Below are positions 19,763-30,400 of a stretch of DNA of 64,000 nucleotides, piece by piece. How positions within the stretch are numbered: position 1 is the first letter of the stretch; every line of letters begins with the position of its first letter. The translations under genes were made by a program, and so were the position numbers. This DNA comes from Thermoanaerobaculia bacterium (lineage in GTDB: Bacteria > Acidobacteriota > Thermoanaerobaculia > Gp7-AA8): assembly GCA_036375075.1 (NCBI GenBank), contig DASUSN010000211.1, forward strand, positions 8,075 through 72,074. Reading direction: 5' to 3'. The notes below the pieces were generated by a model. That model did not search any database and was not told where the DNA came from. It saw only the letters and a program-made list of their open reading frames with translations.

Positions 19763-20323
19763 CTACTCTTCGAGGAGCTGGTCGATCGCCCGCGCCACGT
19801 CCTCGGGGACGGTGCCGTCGGTGGCGTCGTAGTAGCCGCGGATCATGCCTTGTTTGTCGGCTACGGCGAATTTGGAGCTGTGGAGGAGGGGCTCGCCGCC
19901 GGGCATGGGGTCGCCGGCGGTGAGTTTGAAGCCTTTCACGGAGAGGGCGACGATGGCGTCGCGGTCGCCGGTGAGGAAGGTCCAGCGGGGGTCGTTGCGG
20001 ACGCGCTTTGCGTACTGGGAGAGGACGGCCGGTGTGTCGCGCGCGGGGTCGACGGTGATGGAGACGAAGCGCACGGGCGCGTCTTTGTCGACCTTCGGGG
20101 TGAGGGCCCGCATGTTGTTGGTCATGATCGGGCAGGTGCCGGTGCAGTTGGTGAAGATGAAGTCGTAGACGACGACGTTGCCTTTCAGCGCGTCGAGGCT
20201 CACGGACTGGCCGCGCTCGTCGACGAGCGTCGTCGCGGGCACCGGGAACAACTTCGGGAGATCGAGCTCGGGCTGGCAGGCGGCGGCGAGGAGAAGAAGA
20301 AACGCCAGGCGACTAACGCGCAT
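19763..20323 (-). CDS. SCO1/SenC copper chaperone (lipoprotein)
   Basis: 'LLLLAAAC' lipobox. Thioredoxin-like 'FIFTNCTGTCP' CxxxC motif and a conserved downstream His region. Confidence 0.85.
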   Translation of the reverse strand: MRVSRLAFLLLLAAACQPELDLPKLFPVPATTLVDERGQSVSLDALKGNVVVYDFIFTNCTGTCPIMTNNMRALTPKVDKDAPVRFVSITVDPARDTPAVLSQYAKRVRNDPRWTFLTGDRDAIVALSVKGFKLTAGDPMPGGEPLLHSSKFAVADKQGMIRGYYDATDGTVPEDVARAIDQLLEE

Positions 20324-21194
20324 CGACGACCAGGAGCAGCATCACGGTGAGGAGGTAGAGGTTCGAGAGCATGAAGAGGCTGCGGGCGTTGCGGGTGCCG
20401 CGGTCGCGGGCGAAGCGGATGGAGGCGGCGAGGATGGCAGCGCCGCAGAGGGTGGCGCCGACGAGATAGACCGGACCGGTCAGGCCGAGGAGCGACGGGA
20501 GGACGCTGACGCCGAGGAGAGCGAGGGAGTAGCCGATGGCCTCGCGGGCGACGGCGGCGCCGTGCTCGTCGAGCGTGGAAAGCATGACGAAGCCGCCGCG
20601 CGCGTAGTCCTCGCGATAGAGCCAGCTGATGGCCATGAAGTGCGGGAGCTGCCAGAGGAAGAGGATGCCGAAGATGATCCAGCCCCCGATGGCCAGCTCG
20701 TTCGTGGCCGCGGTCCAGCCCATGAGCGGCGGCACGGCTCCGGGGATCGCGCCGATGACGGTGCAGATCGTGGAGACGCGCTTGAGCGGCGTGTAGACGA
20801 AGATGTAGCTCGTCAGGGTGAAGGCGCCGAGGAAGGCGGTGAGCCAGTTGACGGCGAAGCCAAGGTAGAGCGTGCCGATGACGGAGATGGCCCAGGAGAA
20901 GACCAGCGCCGCGCGCGGCGAGATGCGGCCGGCCGGGAGCGGGCGGGTGCGGGTGCGGTGCATCTTCGCGTCGTGGACGCGCTCGACGTACTGATTGAGG
21001 GCGTTGGTGCCCGCGGCCACGAGGGCCGTGCCGATCAGGGCATGCAGGAACAGCAGCGGGTCGACTTTGTCCGCGGCGAAGAGGAAGCCCGCCGCGGTGG
21101 TGATGACCACCATGAAGACGATGCGCGACTTCGAGAGCTCGAGATAGTCCGAGACCACCCGGCGGCGCGGCGCTTCGATGGCGATGGAGGTCAA
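20313..21194 (-). CDS. ctaB: Protohaem IX farnesyltransferase (haem O synthase)
   Basis: UbiA-type 'NALNQYVERVHDAKMHRTRTRPLPAG'. The start is inferred as TTG 21194, overlapping the ctaA stop (TTGA). The 527-aa ORF-track version overlaps ctaA and is rejected. Confidence 0.8.
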   Translation of the reverse strand: MTSIAIEAPRRRVVSDYLELSKSRIVFMVVITTAAGFLFAADKVDPLLFLHALIGTALVAAGTNALNQYVERVHDAKMHRTRTRPLPAGRISPRAALVFSWAISVIGTLYLGFAVNWLTAFLGAFTLTSYIFVYTPLKRVSTICTVIGAIPGAVPPLMGWTAATNELAIGGWIIFGILFLWQLPHFMAISWLYREDYARGGFVMLSTLDEHGAAVAREAIGYSLALLGVSVLPSLLGLTGPVYLVGATLCGAAILAASIRFARDRGTRNARSLFMLSNLYLLTVMLLLVVDAR

Positions 21195-22174
21195 GCCGTC
21201 ACCTCGATGAGTGCCGCATTGCGTCGCTCGCGCGCCTTGCGCCACGCCAGCGTCCGCGCGGACAGCGTCAGGATCAGCGAAAGGGCCAGCACCGACGCGC
21301 CCAGCATCACGTGCATGGAGGTGATGTGCGGCTGCTTGCCGCTCCAGATCACGTAGCCGCCGAGGAGGATCTGGCCGGAGACGACGAGCAGGAGGAGCTG
21401 GCCGAGGCCGCGCAGCGGGTGGTTGCGCTCGTAGCGCAGCAGGCGCACGGCCATGGCGATGACGGCGGCCGCGACGACGAATCCGCCCACGCGGTGGACG
21501 TACGCCGACACGATCTCCTTCGTGGCGAAGTCCGGGACCACCCGGCCGAACGACAGCGGGAAGTCGGGAATGGCCAGGCCGGCGCCGAGATGGCGCATCA
21601 CCGCGCCGGCGAAGATCTGGAGGAAGACGAGCGCGGTCAGGCCCCAGGCCATGCGCACCGGCGCGTCGCCTCTCTCCATCGTCGAGAGGGATGCGTACCA
21701 GCGCGACGTGAAGAACGCGATCGCCACGTTGACGCAGAAGAAGATCTCGGCCAGCGCGGCGTGCGAGACGGAGATCGCCTTGGGCAGAAGGAAGATCACG
21801 GTCAGGCCGCCCAGGGCGCCCTGCACGCAGACGGCGAGCAGTGACAGCCAGCCCAGGCGGCGGACGAACTTCTTCGGCTCCCGGAACTGCAGCCACAGCG
21901 CCTGCACGATGCAGAGGAAGCCGACCGTGCTGGCGATGAGGCGGTGGCCGTGCTCGTAGAAGATCCCGCCGACCATCTTGCTCAGCGGGAACGAGAACAT
22001 GAACTGGCCGTAGGTGTTCGGCCAGTCGGGCACGGCCAGGCCGGAGTCGGTGGAGGTAACCATCGCCCCGGCGAAGATCAGAAACAGCGTCGCCACGGCC
22101 ACGAGCTTCGTGAAGCGCCGCAGCCAGACGGGGGTCATGGGGTTCGGGTACTGAATGGGCTCGACTGCTTTCAT
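21191..22174 (-). CDS. ctaA: Haem A synthase (COX15/CtaA)
   Basis: 'TSTDSGLAVPDWPNTYG', 'YEHGHRLIA' and 'HRVGGF' with about 8 TM helices. ATGA overlap with the ctaC stop at 22171-22174. Confidence 0.85.
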   Translation of the reverse strand: MKAVEPIQYPNPMTPVWLRRFTKLVAVATLFLIFAGAMVTSTDSGLAVPDWPNTYGQFMFSFPLSKMVGGIFYEHGHRLIASTVGFLCIVQALWLQFREPKKFVRRLGWLSLLAVCVQGALGGLTVIFLLPKAISVSHAALAEIFFCVNVAIAFFTSRWYASLSTMERGDAPVRMAWGLTALVFLQIFAGAVMRHLGAGLAIPDFPLSFGRVVPDFATKEIVSAYVHRVGGFVVAAAVIAMAVRLLRYERNHPLRGLGQLLLLVVSGQILLGGYVIWSGKQPHITSMHVMLGASVLALSLILTLSARTLAWRKARERRNAALIEVTA

Positions 22175-22938
22175 CCTGAGATGCTGGCGATGACCGGGGT
22201 CTGCTCCCTCATCCACTTGTCGAAGTCCGCCTTCGTGTGGACCTGGTACTGCCCCTTCATCCGGTAATGGCCGAGGCCGCAGAGCTGCGCGCAGGCGATC
22301 TCCCACGGCTCGGCCCCGCTGGTCTTCAACGGCCGGAAGTGTACAGGAACTTCCATCCCCGGGATGGTGTCCTGTTTCACCCGCATGTACGGGAGGAAGA
22401 AGGAGTGGATGACGTCTTTCGAGCCCAGCCGGATGACCACGTCGCGATCGACCTGGAGGTGGAGCTGGTTGAGGGTGGCGATGTCGTCCTTGGCGTGCGG
22501 GTCGGCCGGGTCGAGGCCGAGGGGGTTGGAGGACGTCACGTGGTGGGCGCTGGTCTTCCCGAAGATGTTGTCCGGGCCGGGATAGTGGACGTTCCACGCG
22601 AACTGCTCGCCGACCACCCGGACTTCCAGCGGGTTCTTCGCCGCCTCCGGGCGCTGCGTCCAGCGCGACCACGCGGGGATGGAGATGCCGAAGAGAAGGA
22701 CGCACTCGACGACGAACACGGCGATCTCGGCCCACTTGGAAACGTGGGACTGGGTGCCGTGGTAGTTCGCCCGGGCATGCTTCGCCGCGCGGAAGCGCAT
22801 GAGCATGAAGATGAAGAGCAGGCCCCATCCGACGAAGAGGATGAGCATGAGCCAGTGGACGTAGAGGTTCAGGGCATCGAGCTCGCCGCCGTGCGCGGAG
22901 TAGTTGGGCGGCATGTACTCTTCGAGGAACTCCCTCAT
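22171..22938 (-). CDS. ctaC: Cytochrome c oxidase subunit II (CuA, no fused cytochrome c)
   Basis: Two N-terminal TM helices. CuA ligands 'DVIHSF' and 'CAQLCGLGHYRM'. Confidence 0.9.
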   Translation of the reverse strand: MREFLEEYMPPNYSAHGGELDALNLYVHWLMLILFVGWGLLFIFMLMRFRAAKHARANYHGTQSHVSKWAEIAVFVVECVLLFGISIPAWSRWTQRPEAAKNPLEVRVVGEQFAWNVHYPGPDNIFGKTSAHHVTSSNPLGLDPADPHAKDDIATLNQLHLQVDRDVVIRLGSKDVIHSFFLPYMRVKQDTIPGMEVPVHFRPLKTSGAEPWEIACAQLCGLGHYRMKGQYQVHTKADFDKWMREQTPVIASISG

Positions 22939-23258
22939 GAACGCGGTCCTCCCTCAATCACGCGGAGCGACTCGCGGAAGCGGCGCTGCTCGCGCCCTCT
23001 CCGCCAGAAGCTCCAGAACATTGCAACGAATCCGATCTGCACGAACCCGACGACGCCGAGGAGGAACAGGATCCCGTTGTTGGCGCCCTTGACCAGCGGA
23101 TCGCCCGGCGCGCCGTAGCAGACCGAGCAGGCGAACGCGTGCGGAGCCAGGATCAGCACGATCGCGAGAACGAGCAATCGAGTCTTCGGGTCTTCGAGTC
23201 TTCGAGAGACCCGATCGAAGACTCGACGACTCGGCGACTCGGCGACTCGGCGACTCAT
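22935..23258 (-). CDS. Small membrane protein with CxxC motif (start ambiguous: ATG 23258 or TTG 23177)
   Basis: Core sequence LLVLAIVLILAPHAFACSVCYGAPGDPLVKGANNGILFLLGVVGFVQIGFVAMFW. ATG 23258 forms an ATGA overlap with the upstream stop, but the first about 27 codons would then be encoded by the hairpin 23179-23256. Confidence 0.45.
   Translation of the reverse strand: MSRRVAESPSRRVFDRVSRRLEDPKTRLLVLAIVLILAPHAFACSVCYGAPGDPLVKGANNGILFLLGVVGFVQIGFVAMFWSFWRRGREQRRFRESLRVIEGGPRS
23179..23256. repeat. Hairpin with tandem-repeat arms, unit GAGTCTTCG
   Basis: CGAGTCTTCGGGTCTTCGAGTCTTCGAGAG pairs with CGATCGAAGACTCGACGACTCGGCGACTCGGCGACTCGGCGACTC. Confidence 0.75.
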
Positions 23259-23455
23259 GGCAGGTCCCTCAGCTTCGCGAACGTCTTCTTCCCGTAGATC
23301 ATCAGCCCCACAGCCATGGCGGCGAAAAGGATGGCCAGCGTGAGGGCGGTGAAGCTGCGCTCCTCGCTGAACTCGCGGATCCCCCACAACGCAACGTACA
23401 GCGACAACGCGATGGTCACGACGACGAAGACGATGTGGAAGGCACGGAGAGACAT
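23255..23455 (-). CDS. Small two-TM membrane protein in the oxidase operon
   Basis: 66 aa: MSLRAFHIVFVVVTIALSLYVALWG...LTLAILFAAMAVGLMIYG. Lies 3 nt after the subunit IV gene. Confidence 0.5.
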   Translation of the reverse strand: MSLRAFHIVFVVVTIALSLYVALWGIREFSEERSFTALTLAILFAAMAVGLMIYGKKTFAKLRDLP

Positions 23456-23458
23456 GGG

Positions 23459-23962
23459 TCAGTGTCCTGAGGTGTTGCCGCTCGGCTCCGTGGGCGTCTT
23501 CGGTGCGGGCTGGCTGGCGTTCAGGTCGTAGCCGGGCCACACCTTCTGGGCGTTGTTGCGCTGGTGCCACGGGCCCCAGAGCATCAGGCCGAAGAAGAAC
23601 ACCGTCAGGACGAGCACGGCGTAAATGAGCTTTCGCTCGGAAAGGAGATGCATGAAGAACGCCGCGACCAGCGATCCCTTGACCGTGGCCACGAGGAGGC
23701 CGAGGGCGATGGCCTGCCAGGTCGGCAGGTGCAACTGGCTGATGGCCACGGTGACGATCGTCAGCACGGCCAGTGCGCCGAAGACCATCAGATAGCGGCG
23801 GATCTCCGCTCGCACGTGCTCGGGATCGTTGTGGTGGGCCGGATCGTGATCGCCCTTGTGCGTCGGATGCTCGGCCTCGGAGAAACGCTCGTGCGCCGGT
23901 CCGCCGGCGTGCTGGTCCGGGTTCCCGGCAGAGTGGTCGTGAGGAATCGCGGTGTCGGTCAT
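23459..23962 (-). CDS. Cytochrome c oxidase subunit IV-like protein with His-rich N-terminal extension
   Basis: 'LLVATVKGSLVAAFFMHL' matches the prokaryotic subunit IV motif. The N-terminal roughly 50 aa carry 11 His. Confidence 0.7.
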   Translation of the reverse strand: MTDTAIPHDHSAGNPDQHAGGPAHERFSEAEHPTHKGDHDPAHHNDPEHVRAEIRRYLMVFGALAVLTIVTVAISQLHLPTWQAIALGLLVATVKGSLVAAFFMHLLSERKLIYAVLVLTVFFFGLMLWGPWHQRNNAQKVWPGYDLNASQPAPKTPTEPSGNTSGH

Positions 23963-23971
23963 CGCAGGCTC

Positions 23972-24625
<654 letters not shown>

Positions 24626-24628
24626 CGA

Positions 24629-26530
24629 TCAGCTCTCCTTCTGCGCGACCGCGCCCGCGGCCAACATGCCCCCGCCCACGGCCGGCGCGGGCGGAACGGC
24701 GTCTTCCGGCTCGTTCTGCGGGAAGAAGTCCGTCGGATGACCGGGCACGCTGTACTCGTACGGCCCGCGGTAGACCACCGGCGCGACGGTGAAGTTGCCG
24801 TGCGCGAGCGGCGGCGAGGTCGTCGCGGCCCACTCGAGCGTGGTGGCATCCCACACGTTCGAGCCGACCCGGCGTCCTTTGAAGATGCTGTAGAAGAAGT
24901 TGATGATGAACGGCAACTGGAACGCCAGGAGGATGAACGCCGACACGGACATGAACACGTTCGTGTGGATGATCGGCTTGGCGTGCGCGTACTGCGCGCC
25001 GCCGTCATACAGCCGGCGCGACACGCCCGCCAGTCCCTGCAGGAACATCGGCGCGAACACGCCGTTCATGGCGATCAGCGAGCCCCAGAAGTGCACCTTG
25101 CCCCAGAACTCGTTGAGCTGGCGGCCGGTGGCCTTGGGGAACCAGTAGTAGATGCCGGCGAACATGGCGAAGATCGTCCCCGGCGCGACCACGTAGTGGA
25201 AGTGGCCGATGACGTAGTAGGTATCGTGCAGGTGGATGTCGGCGGCGGCCAGCCCGAGGGGCAGGCCCGTCAGTCCGCCGATGCCGAACATCGGCAGGAA
25301 CGCCAGCGCGAACATCATCGGCACCGTAAACCGGATCGCTCCGCCCCATAGCGAGATGATCAACGCCGTCAGGATGATGACCGACGGGATGGAGATGATC
25401 ATCGTCGTGGTCTGGAAGAAGGCGCTGATGGCCGTGCCCATGCCCGTCAGGAACATGTGGTGGGCCCAGACCACGAAGGACATGAAGCCGAGGAACACGC
25501 CCGCGCCGACGAGGCTCTTGTAGCCCCACAGCGGCTTGCGCGTGTTGTTCGCGATGACCTCGGAAATGATGCCCATCCCGGGCAGGATCAGCACGTACAC
25601 CTCGGGGTGCGCGAGGAACCAGAACAGGTGCTGCCACAGCAGCGGGTTGCCGCCGCCGGCGTTCTGCAGCGGCGTGCCGCTGACGACGAGGCCGGAGGGC
25701 ATGAAGAAGCTCGTGCCCGCGACGCGGTCCATGAGCTGCAGGATCGCGGCGGCTTCGAGCGGCGGGAACGCGAGGAGGAGGAGGAACGACGTCACGAGCT
25801 GCGCCCAGACGAAGAACGGCAGACGCATGAACGTCAGCCCCTTCGCCCGCAACTGGAAGATCGTGACGATGAAGTTGACCGAGCCGAGGAGCGACGACGT
25901 GATCAGCAGCACCATGCCGAGGATCCACACCGTCTGCCCGTCCGTGGCGATGACCGAGAGAGGCGGATACGACGTCCAGCCGGAGTTCGCCGCGCCGCCG
26001 GGCATGAGGAAGCTGGAGAGCATGATCAGGCCGCCCGGCAGGTAGAGCCAGTAGGACATCATGTTCAGCTTCGGGAAGGCCATGTCGGGCGCGCCGATCT
26101 GGAGCGGGACGAGGTAGTTGCCGAAGGCGCCGACGGCGAGCGGCACGATGGCCAGGAAGACCATGACCGTGCCGTGCATCGCGCCGAGCTGGTTGTAGAA
26201 CTCGGGGAGCATGACCCCGCCCGGCGCGTTGGCCTGGCCGAGGAACTTGGCGATCCACGCGGGGAACGGCTGGCCGGGCCACGCGAGCTGATACCGCATG
26301 AGCAGCATCATCGAGAAGCCGAGCAGGAGGAACACCAGCGACGTGACGGCGTACTGGATGCCGATCCACTTGTGATCGACGGAGAAGACGTACTTGCTGA
26401 TGAACGACTGCTGCGGCCCGTGGCCGGACTCTTCCTCCTGCGCGACGCGCAGCGCCTCTTCGAGGGCGCGCTGGGCGTCGCGGGCGCGCATCCACTGGTT
26501 GCCGACTCGGACTTGTCGTTGCGGTGGCAC
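24629..26530 (-). CDS. ctaD: Cytochrome c oxidase subunit I (haem-copper oxidase)
   Basis: 'DHKWIGIQY', 'WFLAHPEVYVLILPGMG', 'WAHHMFLTG' and 'HDTYYVIGHFHYV'. GTG start at 26530 preceded by GGAGGAGG. Confidence 0.95.
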   Translation of the reverse strand: MPPQRQVRVGNQWMRARDAQRALEEALRVAQEEESGHGPQQSFISKYVFSVDHKWIGIQYAVTSLVFLLLGFSMMLLMRYQLAWPGQPFPAWIAKFLGQANAPGGVMLPEFYNQLGAMHGTVMVFLAIVPLAVGAFGNYLVPLQIGAPDMAFPKLNMMSYWLYLPGGLIMLSSFLMPGGAANSGWTSYPPLSVIATDGQTVWILGMVLLITSSLLGSVNFIVTIFQLRAKGLTFMRLPFFVWAQLVTSFLLLLAFPPLEAAAILQLMDRVAGTSFFMPSGLVVSGTPLQNAGGGNPLLWQHLFWFLAHPEVYVLILPGMGIISEVIANNTRKPLWGYKSLVGAGVFLGFMSFVVWAHHMFLTGMGTAISAFFQTTTMIISIPSVIILTALIISLWGGAIRFTVPMMFALAFLPMFGIGGLTGLPLGLAAADIHLHDTYYVIGHFHYVVAPGTIFAMFAGIYYWFPKATGRQLNEFWGKVHFWGSLIAMNGVFAPMFLQGLAGVSRRLYDGGAQYAHAKPIIHTNVFMSVSAFILLAFQLPFIINFFYSIFKGRRVGSNVWDATTLEWAATTSPPLAHGNFTVAPVVYRGPYEYSVPGHPTDFFPQNEPEDAVPPAPAVGGGMLAAGAVAQKES

Positions 26531-26543
26531 TTTGCCTCCTCCG

Positions 26544-26636
26544 ATAGGACGTATAGGACCTATAGGACCTATAGGACCTATAGGACGAATAGGACTGAGC
26601 TTGTCCTATGGGTCCTATTCGTCCTATTCGTCCTAT
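26544..26636. repeat. Hairpin with tandem-repeat arms, unit ATAGGACNT (9 nt)
   Basis: ATAGGACGTATAGGACCTATAGGACCTATAGGACCTATAGGACGAATAGGAC / loop TGAGCTT / GTCCTATGGGTCCTATTCGTCCTATTCGTCCTAT. Confidence 0.9.
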
Positions 26637-26638
26637 TG

Positions 26639-27466
26639 TCAGCCTTTGAACGTAAAGGTGACCTGTTTCTGCTCTTTCGCTGCAACCGTGACCTGCTGCT
26701 CCTGCGTGCCGTACTTCTCGTGCCACGCGACGAGGGTGTAGTTGCCGGGCGGCAGGTTGCCGATGGAGAACGAGCCGTTGCCCTGCGAGACGCTGTGGTA
26801 CGAGCTCGGGAGCACGGCCATGTACGACTTCATCCAGCCGTGGACGTCGCACTTGATGCGGAACGGCGTCGGCTCGACCTTGTCGAACTTCTTGGTCGAG
26901 ACCATCCCCTGCACGGGCTGCCCTTCGTTGAACTGCGAGTTCACGGCCGGCATGGCGTGCACGTTGTGCAGCGTGTTGTCGCTGTTCTTGATCTGGATCT
27001 GCTGGCCGACCTGCACCGCGCTGACGTGCGGGATGTACTTGCAGCCCTTCTGATCGAGCACGGCCGCCTGCGCCGGGACCGGCGTGGCCGGACCGTTCTT
27101 CACGTAGACGATGACGTTCGCCAGCTCGCCGGCCGGACCGACGATCACTTCCTCGTCCGGCTGCGGAGTGGGATGCTGCGAGGCGCAGGAGGGATCGGCC
27201 GCCATCTGCAGCGGCGGCATCTTCGGCGCGGTCCCTTCGAACTTCACGAGCCCGGCGACCGTCGCGGCGTCGGCGACGACCGGCGCGGACGCGGCAGGCG
27301 CTCCGCCGCCGCTCTCGCCGCCAGCATTCTCCGCGGCCGCGGTCTGCAGGGCCTGATCGTCCTCGCCGAGCTCCTTCTCGTCGACCACTTCCTTCCCCTT
27401 CCCGCAGCCGACGGCGGCGACGAGCAGGAGCATGCACAACAGGTTGATGAACTTCCTCAGGGACAT
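26639..27466 (-). CDS. Lipoprotein cupredoxin (amicyanin-like type-1 Cu site) with C-terminal CarboxypepD_reg-like domain
   Basis: Lipobox 'LLLVAAVGC'. 'TLHNVHAM' plus 'KCDVHGWM' (C-x2-H-x2-M). C-terminal 'GSFSIGNLPPGNYTLVAWHEKYG'. AAGGAGA SD. Confidence 0.75.
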   Translation of the reverse strand: MSLRKFINLLCMLLLVAAVGCGKGKEVVDEKELGEDDQALQTAAAENAGGESGGGAPAASAPVVADAATVAGLVKFEGTAPKMPPLQMAADPSCASQHPTPQPDEEVIVGPAGELANVIVYVKNGPATPVPAQAAVLDQKGCKYIPHVSAVQVGQQIQIKNSDNTLHNVHAMPAVNSQFNEGQPVQGMVSTKKFDKVEPTPFRIKCDVHGWMKSYMAVLPSSYHSVSQGNGSFSIGNLPPGNYTLVAWHEKYGTQEQQVTVAAKEQKQVTFTFKG

Positions 27467-27484
27467 CGTTTCTCCTTTGAGTCT

Positions 27485-30400
27485 CTAGCGCAGGCGCGTC
27501 TCCAGGGTGGGAGTGGCCGGCGGTGTCACGGGTGGTGTCTGCTGCGGAACGCGCTGCACCGGCGCGGGCTCACCCGCCCCGGCCGCCCGCATGCGGTCGA
27601 TGCCGATGGACCAGATGTAGTCGCGCATGTAGTTGGTCAGCGCGACCGCGTCGCCCATCGTCTTCTTCAGAGCTGCTTCGTTCTCGAAGTACGGCAGCAG
27701 GGCCGCCTTCTGGGCCGCGAACTGCGGCGAGTCCATGGCCAGGGCCAGCGGCGACTGGAACCCTCCCGTCTGCGGATCGCGCGGGAAGTTCGTGGGCATG
27801 CGCGTGCCCGGGATCATCTCGTCCGGACGGCGGATCCAGTCCGCGACCCAGTCGTGGCGCAGGCGGATCTTCGAGAGGGTGAGGTTCGGCGCGAGCGACT
27901 GCGTGTCCGCGACGTTCGGCACCGGCGGGTTGGCCGGATCGACCGGGGCCAGCGCGTGGCACTGCTGGCAGCGGAGCATCTGGAACACTTCGCGGCCGAT
28001 GGCGATGTTCTGCGCCGACGGCGTGCGGTACTGCGCCGTGTCGAACTGCGCCTCGTCCCCTTCCGCCGCGAAGCCGGAGACCAGCGTGGCCGCCTGCTGG
28101 TCGGTGAACTGGAACGTCGGCATGCGCACGCGCATCCACGGACGCACTTTCATCACCGTCGGGTCTTTCAGGAAGTTGAACAGCCACGGCGACTGCACCC
28201 TCTCCCCCTGCGGGGTGAGATCGGGCGGGAGGAAGTTCGGATCGTCGATCAGGGACGCGATGGCCCGGCCGCGCCGGTTCACGACGTGGCACCCGCGACA
28301 GTTGTTCTGCGAGATGAGCTTCCGCCCCTCCTCGGCCTGCCGATGCCGCGGATCGCGCGCGGCCATACGGTTCGCGGCGACCTTCTCCTTGGTCAAGCCG
28401 AGGACGACGCTGGTCACGAGCCGGGCCTCGTCGGGAGAGAGGTTGAAGTTCGGCATCTTCAGCTTGTCGTTGTACGGCTTGGTGCGGCGGTCGTCGTACA
28501 CGCGCGGGCTGCGGACCTTGTTGTAGATCCACGACGGCACGGTGTGGAGGACGTGCTCCTTGGTGCCGTCGACGTGGTGGTAGTCGTGCGTGTGGGTGGA
28601 GTCGCCGAAGAACCCGAAGTCGAACAGGTGCAGGTTCTTCGACCCCTCGGTGGTCAGCTCCGTGCCGATGGGCTTGAGCCCCTCGAAGCCGCTGATGTCG
28701 TGGCAGGAGTAGCAGCCGTACTTCTCGATGCTGCGCTGGCCGAGGTATTCGAGCTGGGCCTGCAGAGGCATGCCGTTCAGCTTCGCCTCCGCGTCGCGGT
28801 CCGTCATCGTGTTGATGAGGTAGGCCTTGGCGAGCTCGCGGACGGCGCCGCGATCGGGCGGCCGCATCGGATCGTTCATGAACTGCGGCTTCTGCAGCGA
28901 GAGCAGATACGCGGTGATGTCCGCCGCTTCCTGGTCGGAGAGGCGGAGGCTGGGCATCGGCGCGTTGGGATCGTAGGCCTTCGGGTTCTTGACCCAGTTG
29001 AAGACCCAGTTCGCGTTCGTCTTCGTGCCGACACCGGTGAGGTTGAAGCCGAAGTGGCGCTCGAGCGGGAAGTCGTCGCGTCTGGCAACGCGCACGACGC
29101 CCTTGTCGTCCTGCACCTTGTCCTGGGCGATGTGGCAGCCCATGCAGCCGATGCCTTCGACCAGCTCCTTGCCGCGCGCGGCGTCGCCCGCGGCCGTCGG
29201 CGCCGGCCACTGGCGGCGCGTGGACTTGGCGAAGAGGAACGTGACGATCGAGTGGATCTCGGCGTCCTGCAGCTTCACGTTGTGCGCGCGCTCGGCCGCG
29301 GGGACCGCGGGACCGACCATGTTGCGCTGGTAGAAGAACGACGGCATGCGGGTCGTCGGGCGGAAGCGGCTGGGGTTCGCGATCCAGCGGTACGTCCAGT
29401 CGTAGGTCGTCTTCTCGGCGATGCCGTCGAGCGCGGGGCCGGGCTTCTGGAGGTTCGTGAAGCGCCAGTTGTCGATCTTGTGGCAGGCATGGCAGCCGTA
29501 CAGCTCCACCATGTGCAGGGCCTTGCTGATCTGCTCCCCGCCTTCGACGTCGACCTGTCCGGCGTGGCACTTCACGCAGCCGGCCTCGCTGTACTGCCGC
29601 GGATACATCGGCGTGTCGAGGAACGGGTTGACGGCGTAGCCCCAGTTGCGCTGGTTGTAGTCCCAGGTGCCGGGGAAGAGCGGGAACTTCACCTTCTTCC
29701 AACGCAGCTCCATGCGCTTGGACATCGGCGTATGACCGGCGCGGCCGAACTCGGTGGCACGGTCCTGCCCGCGGTGGCAGACCGTGCAGCCGTATTCGAG
29801 GAGCGGATGCGGGGAGGCGGAGCCGACGAAGGTGTCGAGCTTCGGATGGGTGCGGAAGGGGTTGAGGATGTCCGTCTTCGCGTTGGCCGTGGCCTCGAGC
29901 TGCGCGACGCGCTCCTCGGCGTCCGCCCGGCGGGACGGCTCGATCAGGTTCTTGTCGAGCCTCGTGCGCAGCTCGGTGAGCAGGCGCTCGGCTTCCTTCT
30001 TCGACTCGAAGCCGGGGCGGTCGATGGCACGGTGACAGGTCTGGCAGCGGTCCACGCGCGGCACCGACATGTAGTTCATGTCGATGAAGAGGTCGTTGAG
30101 GACGACCTGGTCGATCTTCAGCGTGGGGTTGATGAAGTCGAGCATCGGCGCGTTGAGGATGACCGTGTTCGCCGACGTCAGGGAGACGGTCCGGAGCTGC
30201 TTGTTGAGCAGCTCGGCGTCCGCGGTGAGCTCTTTCCTGCGGTCCTCGATCTTCTGGATGGCGGCCATGAACGTGCCGACGCGGGCGCGGGCTGCGTCGC
30301 GGTCGCGCGTGACCTGCTGGAGCACGAGGTTGAGGCGGTTGACCCGGGCGTTGAGCTCGGCGTACTCGCGCTGCTTCTGGGCCTCGTCGGGGCGGTGCTG

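Noticed and set aside
21195-21896. N-terminal 230 aa of the 527-aa ORF containing ctaB
   Set aside because: This part overlaps ctaA in another frame and is Arg/Pro-rich. The UbiA-family homology begins at a TTG that overlaps the ctaA stop.
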